DNA from: Eledone cirrhosa
Lineage: Eukaryota
Assembly: GCA_964016885.1 (NCBI GenBank)
Contig: OZ024748.1
Coordinates: forward strand, 17,546,001-17,610,000
Length of the DNA stretch: 64,000 bases
Direction of reading: 5' to 3'
Shown in pieces: positions 41,962 to 56,110 of the stretch. Every line of letters starts with the position of its first letter. The stretch's first letter is position 1. The notes beneath the pieces are model-generated. The model searched no databases. It saw only the letters and a list, made by a program, of their open reading frames with translations, and was not told the DNA's origin. The position numbers and the translations under genes were made by a program.

Positions 41962-42503
41962 GTGGCTGTGTGTGGCCTAGTGGTAAGTGTGTTGGACATG
42001 TGATCATAATGTGATGAGTTCCATTCCTGGACTGGGTTATGTGGTGGGTTCACTTCCTGGACTAAGTTGTGTGGTGGGTTCAATTCCTGGACTGGGGTGT
42101 GTGGTGAGTTCTTGAGCAAAACACATCATTTCACATTGTTACAGTATACTCAGCTGAAAATAAGTACCAGCAGTAGCTAGGGGTTTAACCCTGTAATGGA
42201 CTGGCATTCTGTCCAGCAGAGAATCTAGTGTAGCCTAGTGGTAAGCGTGTTGGACTTAGGGTCATAATGTCGTGGGTTCAAGTCCTGGACTGCATTGTGT
42301 GGTGGGTTCTTGTGCGAAACACTTCATTTCATGTTGTTACAGTATACTTAGCTGAAAATGTGTACCATCAATAGCTGGGGTTTAACATTGTGATGGACTG
42401 GTGTCCTGTCCATGAGGGAGTATTGTGCTCTCAGTCACTTAACACCACAGAAACTGGGATAAGCATTGGCTCTGATGAGCCTCTGGGCTCAAGACAGACT
42501 TTA
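41962..42503 (+). mobile_element. Two tandem tRNA-headed SINEs with a MetaSINE-like central domain
   Basis: tggcctagtggtaag A-box and ggttcaa B-box; tgtgatggactggtgtcctgtcca..cagaaactgggataagc..ctgatgagcc..cagacttta resembles the Meta domain as recalled. Confidence 0.6.
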
Positions 42504-42505
42504 GT

Positions 42506-42875
42506 CTTTTAAGTACTGAGGTACTCCCTTGATTTAAGTCAAACTTATCAAACACCCTCTTTTAAGTACTGAGGTACTCCCTTGATTAAGTCAAACATAT
42601 CAAACCCCCTCGTTTAAGTACTGGGGTACTGCCTAGATTTAAGTCAAACATATCCAACCCTCTCTTTTAAGTACTGGGGTACTTCCTTGATTTAGTCAAA
42701 CATATCAAACCCTCTCTTTTAAGTACTGGGGTACTTCCTTGATTTAGTCAAACATATCAAACCCTCTCTTTTAAGTACTGGGGTACTTCCTTGATTTAGT
42801 CAAACATATCAAACCCTCTCTTTTAAGTACTGGGGTACTGCCTTGATTTAGTCAAACATATCAAACCGTCTCTTT
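42506..42875. repeat. 52-bp minisatellite, ~7 copies
   Basis: ttttaagtactggggtacttccttgatttagtcaaacatatcaaaccctctc; starts at the SINE 3' end. Confidence 0.93.
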
Positions 42876-43374
42876 TATTTTTTTTTGTCAAACTGTTATG
42901 GAACATAAACTCTGATACAAATGTAAACATAGACTCAGACACACACACACATACATATATACACTCACATATACACACATTCATACACACATATATACAC
43001 ACACACACATATACATACACATACACACAAACATACATACACACATTCATACACACATATATACGCACACACACATATACATACACATACACACAAACAT
43101 ACATACACACACACACACATACAGACATCTCCACACATACATTCATACATACATACACATACACACACACCTGCACATAATTTTTCTCATCATCATCATC
43201 ATCAATATTTTACATTTAACCTCCACACTAGCATTGGTTGAACGGGTTGTCACAGTCTGAGACAAGATGTCTGGGGGCAACCTCATTCTCTTCATACATT
43301 CTTTATTTGATATGGTTTCTATAACTAGACATTTTTCATATTGCCAATATATGTGTGTGTATATATATATATAT

Positions 43375-43418
<44 letters not shown>

Positions 43419-43475
43419 AGTGTGAGTGTCTTAGAATGTGTATTTGTGGTTATACAAATATATATTAAGATATCT

Positions 43476-43528
<53 letters not shown>

Positions 43529-43676
43529 CTTAAAATGTGAATTTATGTATATAGAAACATATATTAAGATATCTGATATATATATTTGTCTTAGAATATG
43601 TATGTATATAGAAATATATATTAAGATATATCATATATATATATATATACATAAATACACATTTTAAGACAAATGT

Positions 43677-43720
<44 letters not shown>

Positions 43721-44035
43721 TAATTTATATATATATATATTTAATATATATATATTTATATATATATTTAATTTATATATATTTATATATATATTTAATT
43801 TATATATATATATACATATATTTTATATTTATATATATATTTAATTTATATATATATATATACATATATTTAATATATATATATATTTAAATTATATATA
43901 TATATACATATATTTTATATATATATATATATATTTAATTTATATATATATATACATATATTTAATATATATATATATATATTTAATTTATATATATATA
44001 TACATATATTTAATATATATATATATATTTAACTA

Positions 44036-44820
44036 TTACTCTTTTACTCTTTTACCTGTTTCAGCCATCCGGCTGAGTCCATGCTGGGGCACCGCCCTTG
44101 TTGCTACACATTTTATCTCCAGCCTGTATAGGTTGGCCACTGGTGTAAGAGGGAGTTTTTGCTGCTGCCCTTAGGTTTCCCTCGTGTCTTGCTGTGGGCT
44201 CATCCGGGATCTTGGATAACAAGGTGTCAAGATGTTTCTTAAAGACATCCACCTCCATGTCATGCAAGTCTCTCAGATGCCTCGGCAGCCTGTTGAAGAG
44301 TTGAGGGCCCTTGAATCCCAGGCTATTGCAATACCTGCTCCTTATTCTAGATGTGGAAGACGGGACCTTTGGCACCACACAGTGACGTCCTGTTCGACGG
44401 TTGGTCCAGCTCCCAATGCCAAAGTTTGGTGCTAGTCCCTCCAGGATTTTCCACATGTAGATCACTGTGTATCTCTCCCGTCTTCGCTCCAAGGAGTAGA
44501 GGTTCAGTTCCTTCAGCCTCTCCCAGTAGCTTGTCTCCCTCATCTTGGCAATCCTCTTGGTGTAGCTTCGCTGGATTGCCTCAAGCTCCGTGGTTAATTT
44601 GACACTATGGAGTGACCACAACTGGGAGCAGTAGTCCAGGCGGCTTAGGACAAAAGTCCTCCACAGTGTCAACATGGTGTCTCGATCTCTTGTCCGGAAA
44701 GTCCTCAAGATCCAGCCAGCAAGCCGTCTGCACGTTGTCGCCACTTTCATGATGTGTGAAGAAAAAGATGCATCATCGCTCATGTCTATGCCCAGGTCTC
44801 GCATCGATTTTGACACGGGG
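44036..44820 (-). mobile_element. 3' fragment of CR1-group LINE with intact 251-aa C-terminal ORF
   Basis: [70 protein letters not shown]; (taaaagag)n tail. Confidence 0.92.
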
Positions 44821-44952
44821 ATATATATTTATATATATTTATATATATCTATCAGATATCTTAATATATATTTCTATATACATACATATTCTAAGACAAA
44901 TATATATATATATATATTTAATTTATATATATATATATATATATATATTAAA

Positions 44953-44983
<31 letters not shown>

Positions 44984-45399
44984 TAAATATATGTATATAT
45001 ATATATATAGAGTTAAATATATGTATATATATATATATATATAGTTAAATATATATATATATAGTTAAATATATATATATATTAAATATATGTATATATA
45101 TATATTAAATATATGTATATATATATATTAAATATATGTATATATATATATATATATTAAATATATGTATATATATATATTAAATATATGTATATATATA
45201 TATTAAATATATGTATATATATATATATATATTAAATATATGTATATATATATATATATTAAATATATGTATATATATATATTAAATATATGTATATATA
45301 TATATATATTAAATATATGTATATATATATATTAAATATATGTATATATATATATACGTATAGTTAAATATATATATAGTTAAATATATATATATATAT

Positions 45400-45781
45400 A
45401 GGCCGAAACAAATGAGATCGTGTAGGTGTCACGACAAAAAAAACACACAGTCCACGCTGTAATGTGACCGTGTAGGCAACACGGTAAAAACGTCCCAGTC
45501 CCACACTGTAAATGTGGTTGGTGTTAGGAAGGGCATCCAGCTGTAGAAAACCTGCCAGACAGTCCACGCTGTAATGTGGCCGTGTAGGCAACACGGTAAA
45601 AACGTCCCAGTCCCACACTGTAAATGTGGTTGGTGTTAGGAAGGGCATCCAACTGTAGAAAACCCGCCAGACAGTCCTATGCGAGCAAGACAACCACTCT
45701 TGCCTCAAGTGGGAAAACTCCCGTCCAAACCCATGCAAGCATGGAACACGGACGTTAAACGATGATGATGATGATGATGAT
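45400..45781 (+). mobile_element. SINE B-related 3' fragment with ~121-bp internal tandem duplication
   Basis: cagtccacgctgtaatgtg...tagaaaac repeated twice; (GAT)n tail. Confidence 0.75.
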
Positions 45782-46021
45782 ATATATATATATATAAATT
45801 AAATATATATATATTTAACTATATATATATTTAACTATATATATATATATATATATACATATATTTAATATATATATATATACATATATTTAATATATAT
45901 ATATATATACATATATTTAATATATATATATACATATATTTAATATATATATATATATGCATATATTTAATATATATATATATACATATATTTAATATAT
46001 ATATATATATACATATATTTA

Positions 46022-46052
<31 letters not shown>

Positions 46053-46366
46053 TTTAACATATATATATATATATACATATATTTAATATATATATATACA
46101 TATATTTAATATATATATATAAATTAAATATATATATATATATACATATATTTAATATATATATATATATATACATATATTTAATATATATATATAAATT
46201 AAATATAGATATATATATAATTTAAATATATATATATATATAAATTAAATATATATATATTTAATATATATATAAATTAAATATATATATATATATAATT
46301 TAAATATATATATATAAATTAAATATATATATATATAAATTAAATATATATGTATATAAATTAAAT

Positions 46367-46490
<124 letters not shown>

Positions 46491-46940
46491 CATTTGTCTT
46501 AAAATGTGTATTTATGTATATAGAAACATATATTAAGATATCTGATATATATATACACACACCTGTGTGTATGTTTCTAAGAAGATGTATTACATAGAAA
46601 TATATAGTAAGGTATCTGATATGTAAGTTTTCAATACAAAAAAATCTCAGTTGGTTAGTTTTATGCCAGTTAGAGTTCACACGAAAAATAATTGAGGTAT
46701 GAAAAACAACAAGAATATCTAACTAATACAATAGAAAAACCTTCTTCTGCAAAAATGGAAAATTTACCAATGTCTATAAGATATTTACTAACAATTCTTT
46801 TTCTATAGAATTTCTACTTGCATGCAGAACTTAGATAAATATGTGTGTGTGTATGTTTATATATATGTGTATTTATTTATGTATGTATATGTGTGTGTGT
46901 GTGTATATATATGTATGTATATATATATATCATGATGGTG

Positions 46941-46977
<37 letters not shown>

Positions 46978-47020
46978 TGATGGTGATTATATATATATAT
47001 ATATATATATCATGATGGTG

Positions 47021-47055
<35 letters not shown>

Positions 47056-47840
47056 TCTGCAAAACTTACATAACATTTGGAAGAGGCAAATGATCGCTTC
47101 GATACATATCAAATTATGTTGTCTGCAGTTTTTCTTTCTATATCCACAAAGGTTTGTTATGCAATACATCTTCTAATTATTATATTTTACAGAAAAGACT
47201 GAATTCTGTATACATATAGTTAAGGCCAGTGGTTGTGTGGCTAAGGAGTTCACTTGTTAGACTCATGGCTCTTAGTTCAGTCCCACTGTGCAGCACTTTG
47301 GTAAGGTTCTTCTACTACAGCCTTGAGTTTACTGCAAATTTCTGAGTGAAATTTGGGAGGCAGATACTGAAGAAGCCTGACACACCACCACCACCACCAC
47401 CATCACCACCACCATCATCATCATCATCGTTTAACGTCCATCTTCCACGCTAGCATGGGTTAGACGGTTTTGTTCCATTTGAAGCGGGAATGGTGGGGAG
47501 ACTGTGTCTCACTTGCACTGAAGCGTCTCTGGCAGGTTTTTCTTTTACAGCTGGATGTCATTCCTAACACCAACCACATTTACAGTGTCGACTGGGAGCC
47601 TTTTCACCGTGTCTCCTACACGGCCACCTTACAGTGTGGACTGTTGTGTCATTGACACAGTGGACGGAACAGGAGAGGAAGGATAGGGTAGGGTGTGGCG
47701 GTGGGGTGTACATTGTATATAGTTGCATGAAAAATGCGTCCGTAGGTGGTATGCCAGTTGAGCACCCGATGCTTGTGCAGAACAGAGTATAATATTATAC
47801 GGATAAGGAACAAGAATTCAGTGTTGCATCATAACATATT

Positions 47841-47936
47841 TAATATATCTGACGACCTTTCGATTACAGAGTCAGGTTCGATCTATAATAGGTCTTGCCT
47901 CAAGCTGATTGATAGTGAAACATATGTAATGTGTTA
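47841..47936 (+). ncRNA. Type I hammerhead motif with 61-nt stem II, capping a ~55-bp inverted repeat (47791-47993)
   Basis: taatatat CUGACGA(47849-55) [ctttcgatta/tgattgatag, aggt/gcct, gatct/aggtc] GAAA(47917-20) catatg UA atgtgtta. Confidence 0.7.
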
Positions 47937-48004
47937 TTAAATATGGTATGATGCAACACTGAATCCTTGTTCCTTATCCTTATGATAATTATATATATCA
48001 TAAA

Positions 48005-48191
48005 GGGCGGTGGATTGGCAGTATCGGTAGAGGGTCGGACGCCATGCTTTCCAGCATAGTTACGTCCCTTTACGATCTGAGTTCAAATCCCGCCGAGGTT
48101 GACTTTGCCTTTCATCCTTACAGCGTCGATAAAATAAAGTACCAGTAATGCACTGGGTAATTGCTGGCCTTGTGCCTAAAGTAGAAACAAT
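48005..48191 (+). mobile_element. SINE family A, full length
   Basis: gggcggtggattggcagtatcggtagag..gagttcaaatccc..gtagaaacaat. Confidence 0.9.
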
Positions 48192-48202
48192 AATTATATA
48201 TA

Positions 48203-48534
48203 TCATCATCATTTTACGTCCGCTTTTCCCTGCTTGCAAGGGTGGGACGGGAACTGATTCTGGCTTGATTTCTACAGCTGGATGCCCTTCCTAACACCAA
48301 CCTCATTTACAGTGAGTGCTGGGTGCTTTTTTTTCGTGGCACCTCCACGACCACTTTGCAGTGGAATGATATGGACCCTAGTCCCTATCATCTCATTTCT
48401 ACAGCTGAGTAAACTGGAGCAATGTGAAATAAAGTGTCTTGCTCAAGGAAACAACACATCACCCGGTCCGAGAATTGAACTCACAACCTTTCGATTGCAA
48501 GCCCAAGGCTTTAACCACTAAGCCATGGGCCTTC
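48203..48534 (-). mobile_element. SINE family B, full length
   Basis: Near-identical to 52673-53006 and 58867-59201. Confidence 0.9.
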
Positions 48535-48638
48535 ACTTTTGGCAATATACCGTATGTTTAATTACAAAGATTTAGAAGACCATACACTATCAGCTTTAAA
48601 GTAGTGACTATGTGACTTACTTCTTTTGGGCCAAAGAA

Positions 48639-48698
48639 GGGAGAGAAGTTGACGGTCTGTTTCACGCTGGTTGGCGTTCATCAGAGCCATGTACTCCC
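48639..48698 (-). ncRNA. Minimal type I hammerhead motif
   Basis: Minus strand: gggag..ggct CUGAUGA acgc-caacca-gcgt GAAA c-agacc-g UC aact..ctccc; GUC triplet; one mismatch in stem I. Confidence 0.65.
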
Positions 48699-48730
48699 CT
48701 ACATTCGCCAAAAATTATAGAAGCTGGATA

Positions 48731-48831
48731 CTCAGGGTGTTCCAAAAAATGTATACACACATTGATTACCTGTACATGCAATATTTATTAGAATGCACAG
48801 CCTTTGTGTATACATTTTTTGGGACACCTGG
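48731..48831. mobile_element. Tc1/mariner-type MITE (~100 bp)
   Basis: Terminal inverted repeats (TIRs) cagggtgttccaaaaaatgtatacaca / tgtgtatacattttttgggacacctg, flanked by TA. Confidence 0.7.
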
Positions 48832-49008
48832 TATATATACATATGAATGAGTCAGGACCCTGACACTGATGGCTGAGCTGTTGCCGTTTCAATATCTAGT
48901 TCCAGCGGTCAGGGTCCTGACACATGCATATAACTATACTCTAGTACCCCAAGTATTGAGTACTCTGGTGACTAATTGTCTAACCAGTTTCTAACTGAAT
49001 CCATCTTG

Positions 49009-49070
<62 letters not shown>

Positions 49071-49589
49071 AACCAATAAACAGAAATAAAAAAGTAAACA
49101 ACACAGTACATTGGAGAAATATTAGTTTAATGCTTGAAATAACAGGAAAAGTGCCTTAACGTTTCAGACTCTCTCACATATGAGGACATTTCAAGAATGA
49201 ACTCTATTGATATTTTATTGTTCAGGAATATGGCGGTGGGGCAGTATGGGGTGGGAGGAGGAGAAGTAAGTAAACTAAACTAAACTAAACTAAACTAAAC
49301 CAAAACTTTAAAAACCAAAACATTATTCCAGAGTCAGCTTTCGGCCAAAGATCATAGACCATAGATATATCATCAGTATGAAGATGAAGTTATATCAGGG
49401 GAGTATATGAGGAGGGAGGGGCTGGGGATGGGTTGAGGTGTTGGTGGTAGTGGTGGGGATATGGTGGGTTGTCAGGGGAGCATTGAAGGACACCATGATG
49501 CTGGAATTCATAATGTGTCATTAACATATGTCATAAATATCGGAAGACAGTTATCCTGTTTCTTAGACAGTGTCAAGTCATATGGCCAT

Positions 49590-50235
<646 letters not shown>

Positions 50236-50458
50236 TATATATGACCTAGAGGTTAAGGCTCACAAAGGAATACACATCTAATGAATTACATATGGAGGTT
50301 GTTTTTGATGTTAATTTTTCAGACTGACATATAAAATGGTGGCTATTTATGTCACAATTTTGAGAATGGTGTGGTGGTGGTGGTGAGCAGGGCTGAAGCA
50401 GATATGTTGTGTAAAGAGCAGTAGAGTTGGGGGAAGTTTTATAAGATAACACATTAAC

Positions 50459-51145
50459 TGTTTCTACGTTAGGCACAAGGCCAGCAAATACCCAGTGCAT
50501 TACTGGTACTTTATTTTATCGACCCCGTAAGGATGAAAGGCAAAGTAAACCTCAGCGGGATTTGAACTCAGATCGTAAAGAGCCGTAACTATGCTGGAAA
50601 GCATGGCGTCCGACCCTCTACCGATACTGCCAATCCATTAACACATTAATCTACCAAAATATACGGTAGTGTCCAATCCGTATGAAGAACTCAATGTAAT
50701 CCAAATATCATGAAAAGAGAAGATGCATTCAAAAGTTTTCGCTGAAAATCCCAGGAAAACAGAGTCAAGATAAATTAATAAAAACAATGAATAAAAACAA
50801 AGAACAAGTTCCTTATATTAAAAAATTCAGCTTTTTACGATCGTTTCTAGGATATATATGTGTGTTTGGTATGTATATCGTATGTAAAAATTTTACAAAC
50901 TATCAGAGGAAATATACATACCTTCACATATATATGCTGTCTTCAGAAATAATTGTTTCTACTTTAGGCACAAGGCCAGCAATTTCCCAGTGCATTACTG
51001 GTACTTTATTTTATTGACCCCGTAAGGAGGAAAGGCAAAGTAAACCTCGGCGGGATTTGAACTCAGATCGTAAAGGGACGTAACTATGCTGGAAAGCATG
51101 GCGTCCGACCCTCTACCGATACTGCCAATCCATTAACACATTAAT
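50459..51145 (-). mobile_element. SINE A - Penelope pseudo-LTR segment (HHR at ~50828-50953) - SINE A composite
   Basis: SINEs at ~50459-50637 and ~50954-51132; 50648-50953 duplicates ~3105-3405; taacacattaa occurs three times at the junctions. Confidence 0.8.
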
Positions 51146-51269
51146 GGTGGTGGATGTCTCATCATTGTGTTTATAGTTCAGCTATATAAGCTAAAATATC
51201 CTGTCTAGTTATTGAAGGGTGTAGAGTTTTGCATTCCTTGTCTGGTTTTTTTTTTTTTCTTCTCCCCTT

Positions 51270-52050
51270 CTTTTTTGCCCATTTATTCCTGAGAGGGTCG
51301 TGGGGGGGGGGGGCAGAGTCCTCAAGCTCATCTTCCAATGGGTCCTGTCATAAACAACTGTCTCCATTTGATCCAACTTGATATTGAAGCGAGACAACCA
51401 AGCTCATGGATATTATCCAACCATCATGCTCGGGGTCTACCTCTGCATCTTCTGCCAGTGTGTTTTACCTGTAAAATCTGTCCAGTGATTCTTTCCTGAG
51501 ACATCATCATCATCATCATTCATCATTCGTCGACTTCTGTCGAGATGATGGATCTCACTCTCATGCCCCAGAATTCCCTGTCCCATATAGTGTAGTTCCC
51601 TGAGGAACAGGAACCCTGGTGCAGTTAATTGCGAAATCCATCATCTTTTCAAATAGCTAATAATGTGTGTGGGCGCCACTACTACACACATTCCTGAGAC
51701 ATTCTAACCACACGGAGCTGTGATCTCTCATTTCGGAGAAATAGCGGCTTTAACTTTTTCTTTAAAGCTTATATATTATTGAAGTCCTTGGAATGATTTA
51801 TATTTTAAAATGTGAGGGTCCTAATCACAGAAGATAACTGCAATAACAGTTGTTCACTAGTCAGATTTTTATGGGCAAAACCAGCTGGCAAGAGACCCAG
51901 AGGGTAGACCCCGAGCAAGATAGTGGGTTAACATCCATGAGCTGGTCATGGTTGGTCATGCTTGGGGATCCAGCTGGATCAATTGGAGATGGTTGCTTCT
52001 GACAGGACCTACTGGAAGGAGTGTCTGAGGAATCTGTTCCCATGACCTCT
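51270..52050. mobile_element. Degenerate RTE-type LINE 3' fragments (minus ~51270-51740, plus ~51862-52050) with a nested ~190-bp retroposon at 51505-51690
   Basis: Similar to 55757-56110; nested insert bounded by TSD ttcctgagacat, with a (TGA)n tail on the minus strand. Confidence 0.6.
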
Positions 52051-52325
52051 CAAGAATAAATAGGTGAAAAAGAAGAGAGAAAATTTGGTAAATTAGTCGT
52101 AGAGATGAAAAAAAAAATTTTTTTTCTCTTTGAGGCTAATTTACCCAAGTTTTCCAATTATTACTTATATTAATCAACTTTTATTAGAATTATTTCTAGT
52201 TTGGGACTCTCACATTTCCATATTTCTTTGTTTTCCTCTTTTCTTTTTTCTCTCTATCTATTTGTAAATATGTACAATTACATCTACAATATATATAATT
52301 ATATATCTACAGTATATACAATAAT

Positions 52326-52510
52326 TGTTTCTACTTTAGGCACAAGGCCAGCAATTACCCAGTGCATTACTGGTACTTTATTTTATCGACCCCGTAAGGA
52401 TGAAAGGCAAAGTCAACCTCGGCGGGATTTGAACTCAGATTGTAAAGGGACATAACTATGCTGGAAAGCATGGCGTCCAACCCTCTACCAATACTGCCAA
52501 TCCACCGCCC
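52326..52510 (-). mobile_element. SINE family A, full length, 18-bp TSD
   Basis: tacagtatatacaataat at 52308-52325 and 52511-52528. Confidence 0.92.
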
Positions 52511-52672
52511 TACAGTATATACAATAATATATACTGTTTATATCTATAATATATAAAGTTATATATACACGATATATACAATTATATATATACAATACAT
52601 AACTATATATACAGGATATACAATCATATATACAGTATATATCTATAATATATACTATTATATATCATCATT

Positions 52673-53006
52673 TTCATCATTTCATTTTACGTCCGCTTTT
52701 CCCTGCTTGCAAGGGTGGGACGGGAACTGATTCTGGCTTGATTTCTACAGCTGGATGCCCTTCCTAACACCAACCTCATTTACAGTGAGTGCTGGGTGCT
52801 TTTTTGACGTGGCACCTCCACGGCCACTTTGCAGTGGGATGATATGGACCCCAGTCCTATCATCTCATTTCTACAGCTGAGTAAACTGGAGCAATGTGAA
52901 ATAAAGTGTCTTGCTCAAGGAAACAACACATCACCCGGTCTGAGAATTGAACTCACAACCTTTCGATTGCAAAGCCAATGCTCTAACCACTAAGCCATAT
53001 GCCTCC
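52673..53006 (-). mobile_element. SINE family B, full length
   Basis: Same head and tail as 48203-48534. Confidence 0.9.
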
Positions 53007-53454
53007 AATATATATATCTATAATTATATTTGCAATATATATTTATATGTACAATTATATATACAATTACATATATCATATATATCTATGATATATACGA
53101 TATATATCTAAAATATATACAATTATATATATAACATATATACACACAATATATACTATATATCTATAATATATATATATATACTATATGTCCAATTATA
53201 TATAAAATATATATATACAATATATTTATAATATATATACACAATATGTCCAATTATATATACCATATATCTATAATATATATACACAATATGTCCAATT
53301 ATATATAAAATATATATATACAATAGATCTATAATATATATATATATACACTATGTCCAATTATATATAATATATCTATAACATATATATATACACTCTC
53401 CAATTATATATACAATTATATGTACAATTCAATATAAATATATTTACCACATTA

Positions 53455-53625
53455 TTATCGGTAGAGGGTCGGACGCCATGCTTTCCAGCATAGTTACGTC
53501 CCTTTACGATCTGAGTTCAAATCCCGCCGAGGTTGACTTTGCCTTTCATCATTACGAGGTCGATAAAATAAAGTACCAGTAATGTACTGGGTGATTGCTG
53601 GCCTTGTGCCTAAAGTAGAAACAAT
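53455..53625 (+). mobile_element. SINE family A
   Basis: Matches 48022-48191. Confidence 0.88.
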
Positions 53626-53694
53626 TATTACCAGCAAAGGTTAACATTAACATATTTTCATGTAATTCTAAGACATATTATTTCATATCAAACT

Positions 53695-54300
53695 TTTCCT
53701 TTGCCTTCTTTCTTTCCTCGTCGTCTTTTTTTTCTTTTTCTCTTTCTTCTTTCTTTCCTCGTCGTCTTTTTCTTCTTTTTCTCTTTCTTCTTTCTTTCCT
53801 CGTCGTCTTTTTCTTCTTTTTCTCTTTCGTTCTTTCCTCGTCGTCTTTTTCTTCTTTTTCTCTTTCGTTCTTTTCTCGTCGTCTTTTTCTTCTTTTTCTC
53901 TTTCTTCTTTCTTTACTCGTCGTCTTTTTCTTCTTTTTCTCTTTCTTCTTTCTTTCCTCGTCGTCTTTTTCTTTTTTTTCTCTTTCTTTTTTCTTCTTCT
54001 TTCTCTTAATCTTTTTCACTTCTTTCTTTCCTCTTCTTATTCCACCTCTTCATCATTTCCTTCTTTTTCTCTTTTCTCTTCTTTTTCCACTTCTTTCCCC
54101 TCTTCGTCTTTCCTTTTTCTCTCTTTCCTCTTCTTTCTCTACTTCTTCATCTCTTCTTTCTTTTTCTCTTCTTTTTCTCTTCTTTAATTCTTCTTTTTCC
54201 TCTTCTTTCCCCTCCTCTTCGTCTTTTCCTTCTTTTTCTCTTTCCTCCTTCTTCCTCCTCCTCTTCAGTTTTCTCTACATTCTCCCCTCCTCTACATTCT
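53695..54300. repeat. Polypyrimidine minisatellite (tcgtcgtctttttcttc.. ~40-bp unit)
   Basis: Direct reading. Confidence 0.88.
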
Positions 54301-54339
54301 TTCTTTCAACATTCACACCTTAATGACTTGGTCATTCAG

Positions 54340-54437
54340 CTCAGGTGTGTTTCAGTCCACATCACTGGTGCCAAGCTGTATCGGTCATTGCCTTTCCCTT
54401 GGACATCACCATATATAGTGTTTATATAGAGTATAGA

Positions 54438-54477
<40 letters not shown>

Positions 54478-54800
54478 TATAGAGTGTTTATATAGAGTAT
54501 AGAGTGTATATATATATATAGTATAGAGTGTATATATATATATATAGTATAGAGTGTATATAGTGTATATATATATACATAGAGAGAGAGAGAGTATATA
54601 TAGTGTATGTTGTTATGTCACTGGTGTCAAGTTGTATCGGCCATTGCGTTTCCCTTGGAGATCATCGGTGGCATGGAGAGGGGAGACTGATATGGTGACT
54701 GCTGGTCTTCCACAACTTGGCCCGGATTTGTGCCTCGGAGGGGAGACTTTCTAGGGGCAGATCCCATGGTCATTAGTGACACAAGTGGGTCTTTACCTTA
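54340..54800 (+). mobile_element. SINE family C body with internal (tatagag)n expansion
   Basis: Reverse-complement match to 12984-13320. Confidence 0.65.
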
Positions 54801-55276
54801 ACATAAGTATGAGCAGCCTGTTATGGTTGGTTTCAACAGAAAGAGGTGAGAGAATTATGGCCGGATATGGCCGGTTTAAATGCTAAAGGATTAAGGGTGC
54901 ACACATCTGTGGAATACTCAGCCACTTGCACATTCACTTCACAAGCAGTCTGTTCCATTGTTAACACAACTAAAACACTCATTATTTCAACAAATTGGGG
55001 TCAGCTCAATCTGAAAATTATGTTAAGGGTATACATGTTTGTGGAATACTCAGCCACTTGCACACTCATTTCACAAGCAGTCTGTTCCATTGTTTAAACA
55101 ACAGAACTAACAGAAACACACACAACATTTGCCCTTCCTTCTTATATTTCCACACCATTTTTCTTTCTTCATTTTTCTCTTTTCTTGGTTTTATGATTCA
55201 TAAATGTTTGTTCTTAAATTTCCATCTTTAGCATTTACATTACTCTATATATACTATCATATTTCCACAGTAAAAG

Positions 55277-55415
55277 GGGCAGTGGATTGGCAGTATCAGT
55301 AGAGGGTCGGACGCCATGCTTTGCAGCATAGAGTTACGGCCCTTTACGGCCTGAGTTCAAATCCCGCCGAGGTTAACTTTGTCTTTCATCCTTACGGGGT
55401 CGATAAAATAAAGTC
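55277..55415 (+). mobile_element. SINE family A, 3'-truncated
   Basis: Head and core match 48005-48140. Confidence 0.82.
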
Positions 55416-55472
55416 ACTTAACATCAATTCCAGGGACTATGTTGAAAAATAAATCTCATTGTGTCTGTGTGG

Positions 55473-55517
<45 letters not shown>

Positions 55518-55756
55518 CACACAATTAGGTTTATTTTTTAACGTATATATATTTTTTAAACATATATATATATATATACACACATACATGCAGGTCGGCT
55601 GAAAAGTTTCTAAGCTGCCCAAGATACTCTTGTGAGGTTTATTTTTCAATGAAACAATGCAGTTATTAATAAGATAGAATTGAAATTGATTCATGCAAGA
55701 TTTCACAGCTCTTGCATCACTCCTTCATAGTCAGAAATCTTTAGCCTCCCCCTCAT

Positions 55757-56110
55757 ATGTCTTCTTCTTCGCCCATTTATTCTGGAGGGAGTCGTGGAAG
55801 GCAGACTCCTCAAACACTCCTTCCAGCGGGTCCTGTTAGAAGCAATCATCTCCAACTGATCTGGCTGGATCCCCAAGTGAGACCAGCCAAGCTCATGGAT
55901 GTTATCCAACCATCTTGCTCGGGGTCTACCCTTGGGTCTCTTGTCGCTTGGTTTTACCCATAAAATCTGTCCAGCAATTCTTTCCTGGGACATTCTAACC
56001 ACATGTCCATAGTATTGAAGCTGTGATCTCTCAGTTCGGAGGAGTAGCAGCTCCACCTAGAGTGATTCTCTGGTCTCTGAGTTATGAACTTTATCGAGTA
56101 ACATTACTCT
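55757..56110 (-). mobile_element. 3' fragment of RTE-type LINE
   Basis: ERSQLQYYGHVVRMSQERIAGQIL..KRPKGRPRARWLDNI..RTRWK. Confidence 0.85.

Noticed and set aside
42450-42495. GAAAC...CUGAUGAG in the MetaSINE-like body as a type II hammerhead
   Set aside because: Consistent stems I and III could not be built.
49330-49380. Minus-strand CUGAUGA...GAAA motif, and an HHR 3' half near 49150-49170
   Set aside because: Stems I and II do not pair and there is no valid UH site; probably decayed Penelope remnants.
53678-54019. Lys/Glu/Arg-rich ORF
   Set aside because: Translation of a purine/pyrimidine minisatellite.
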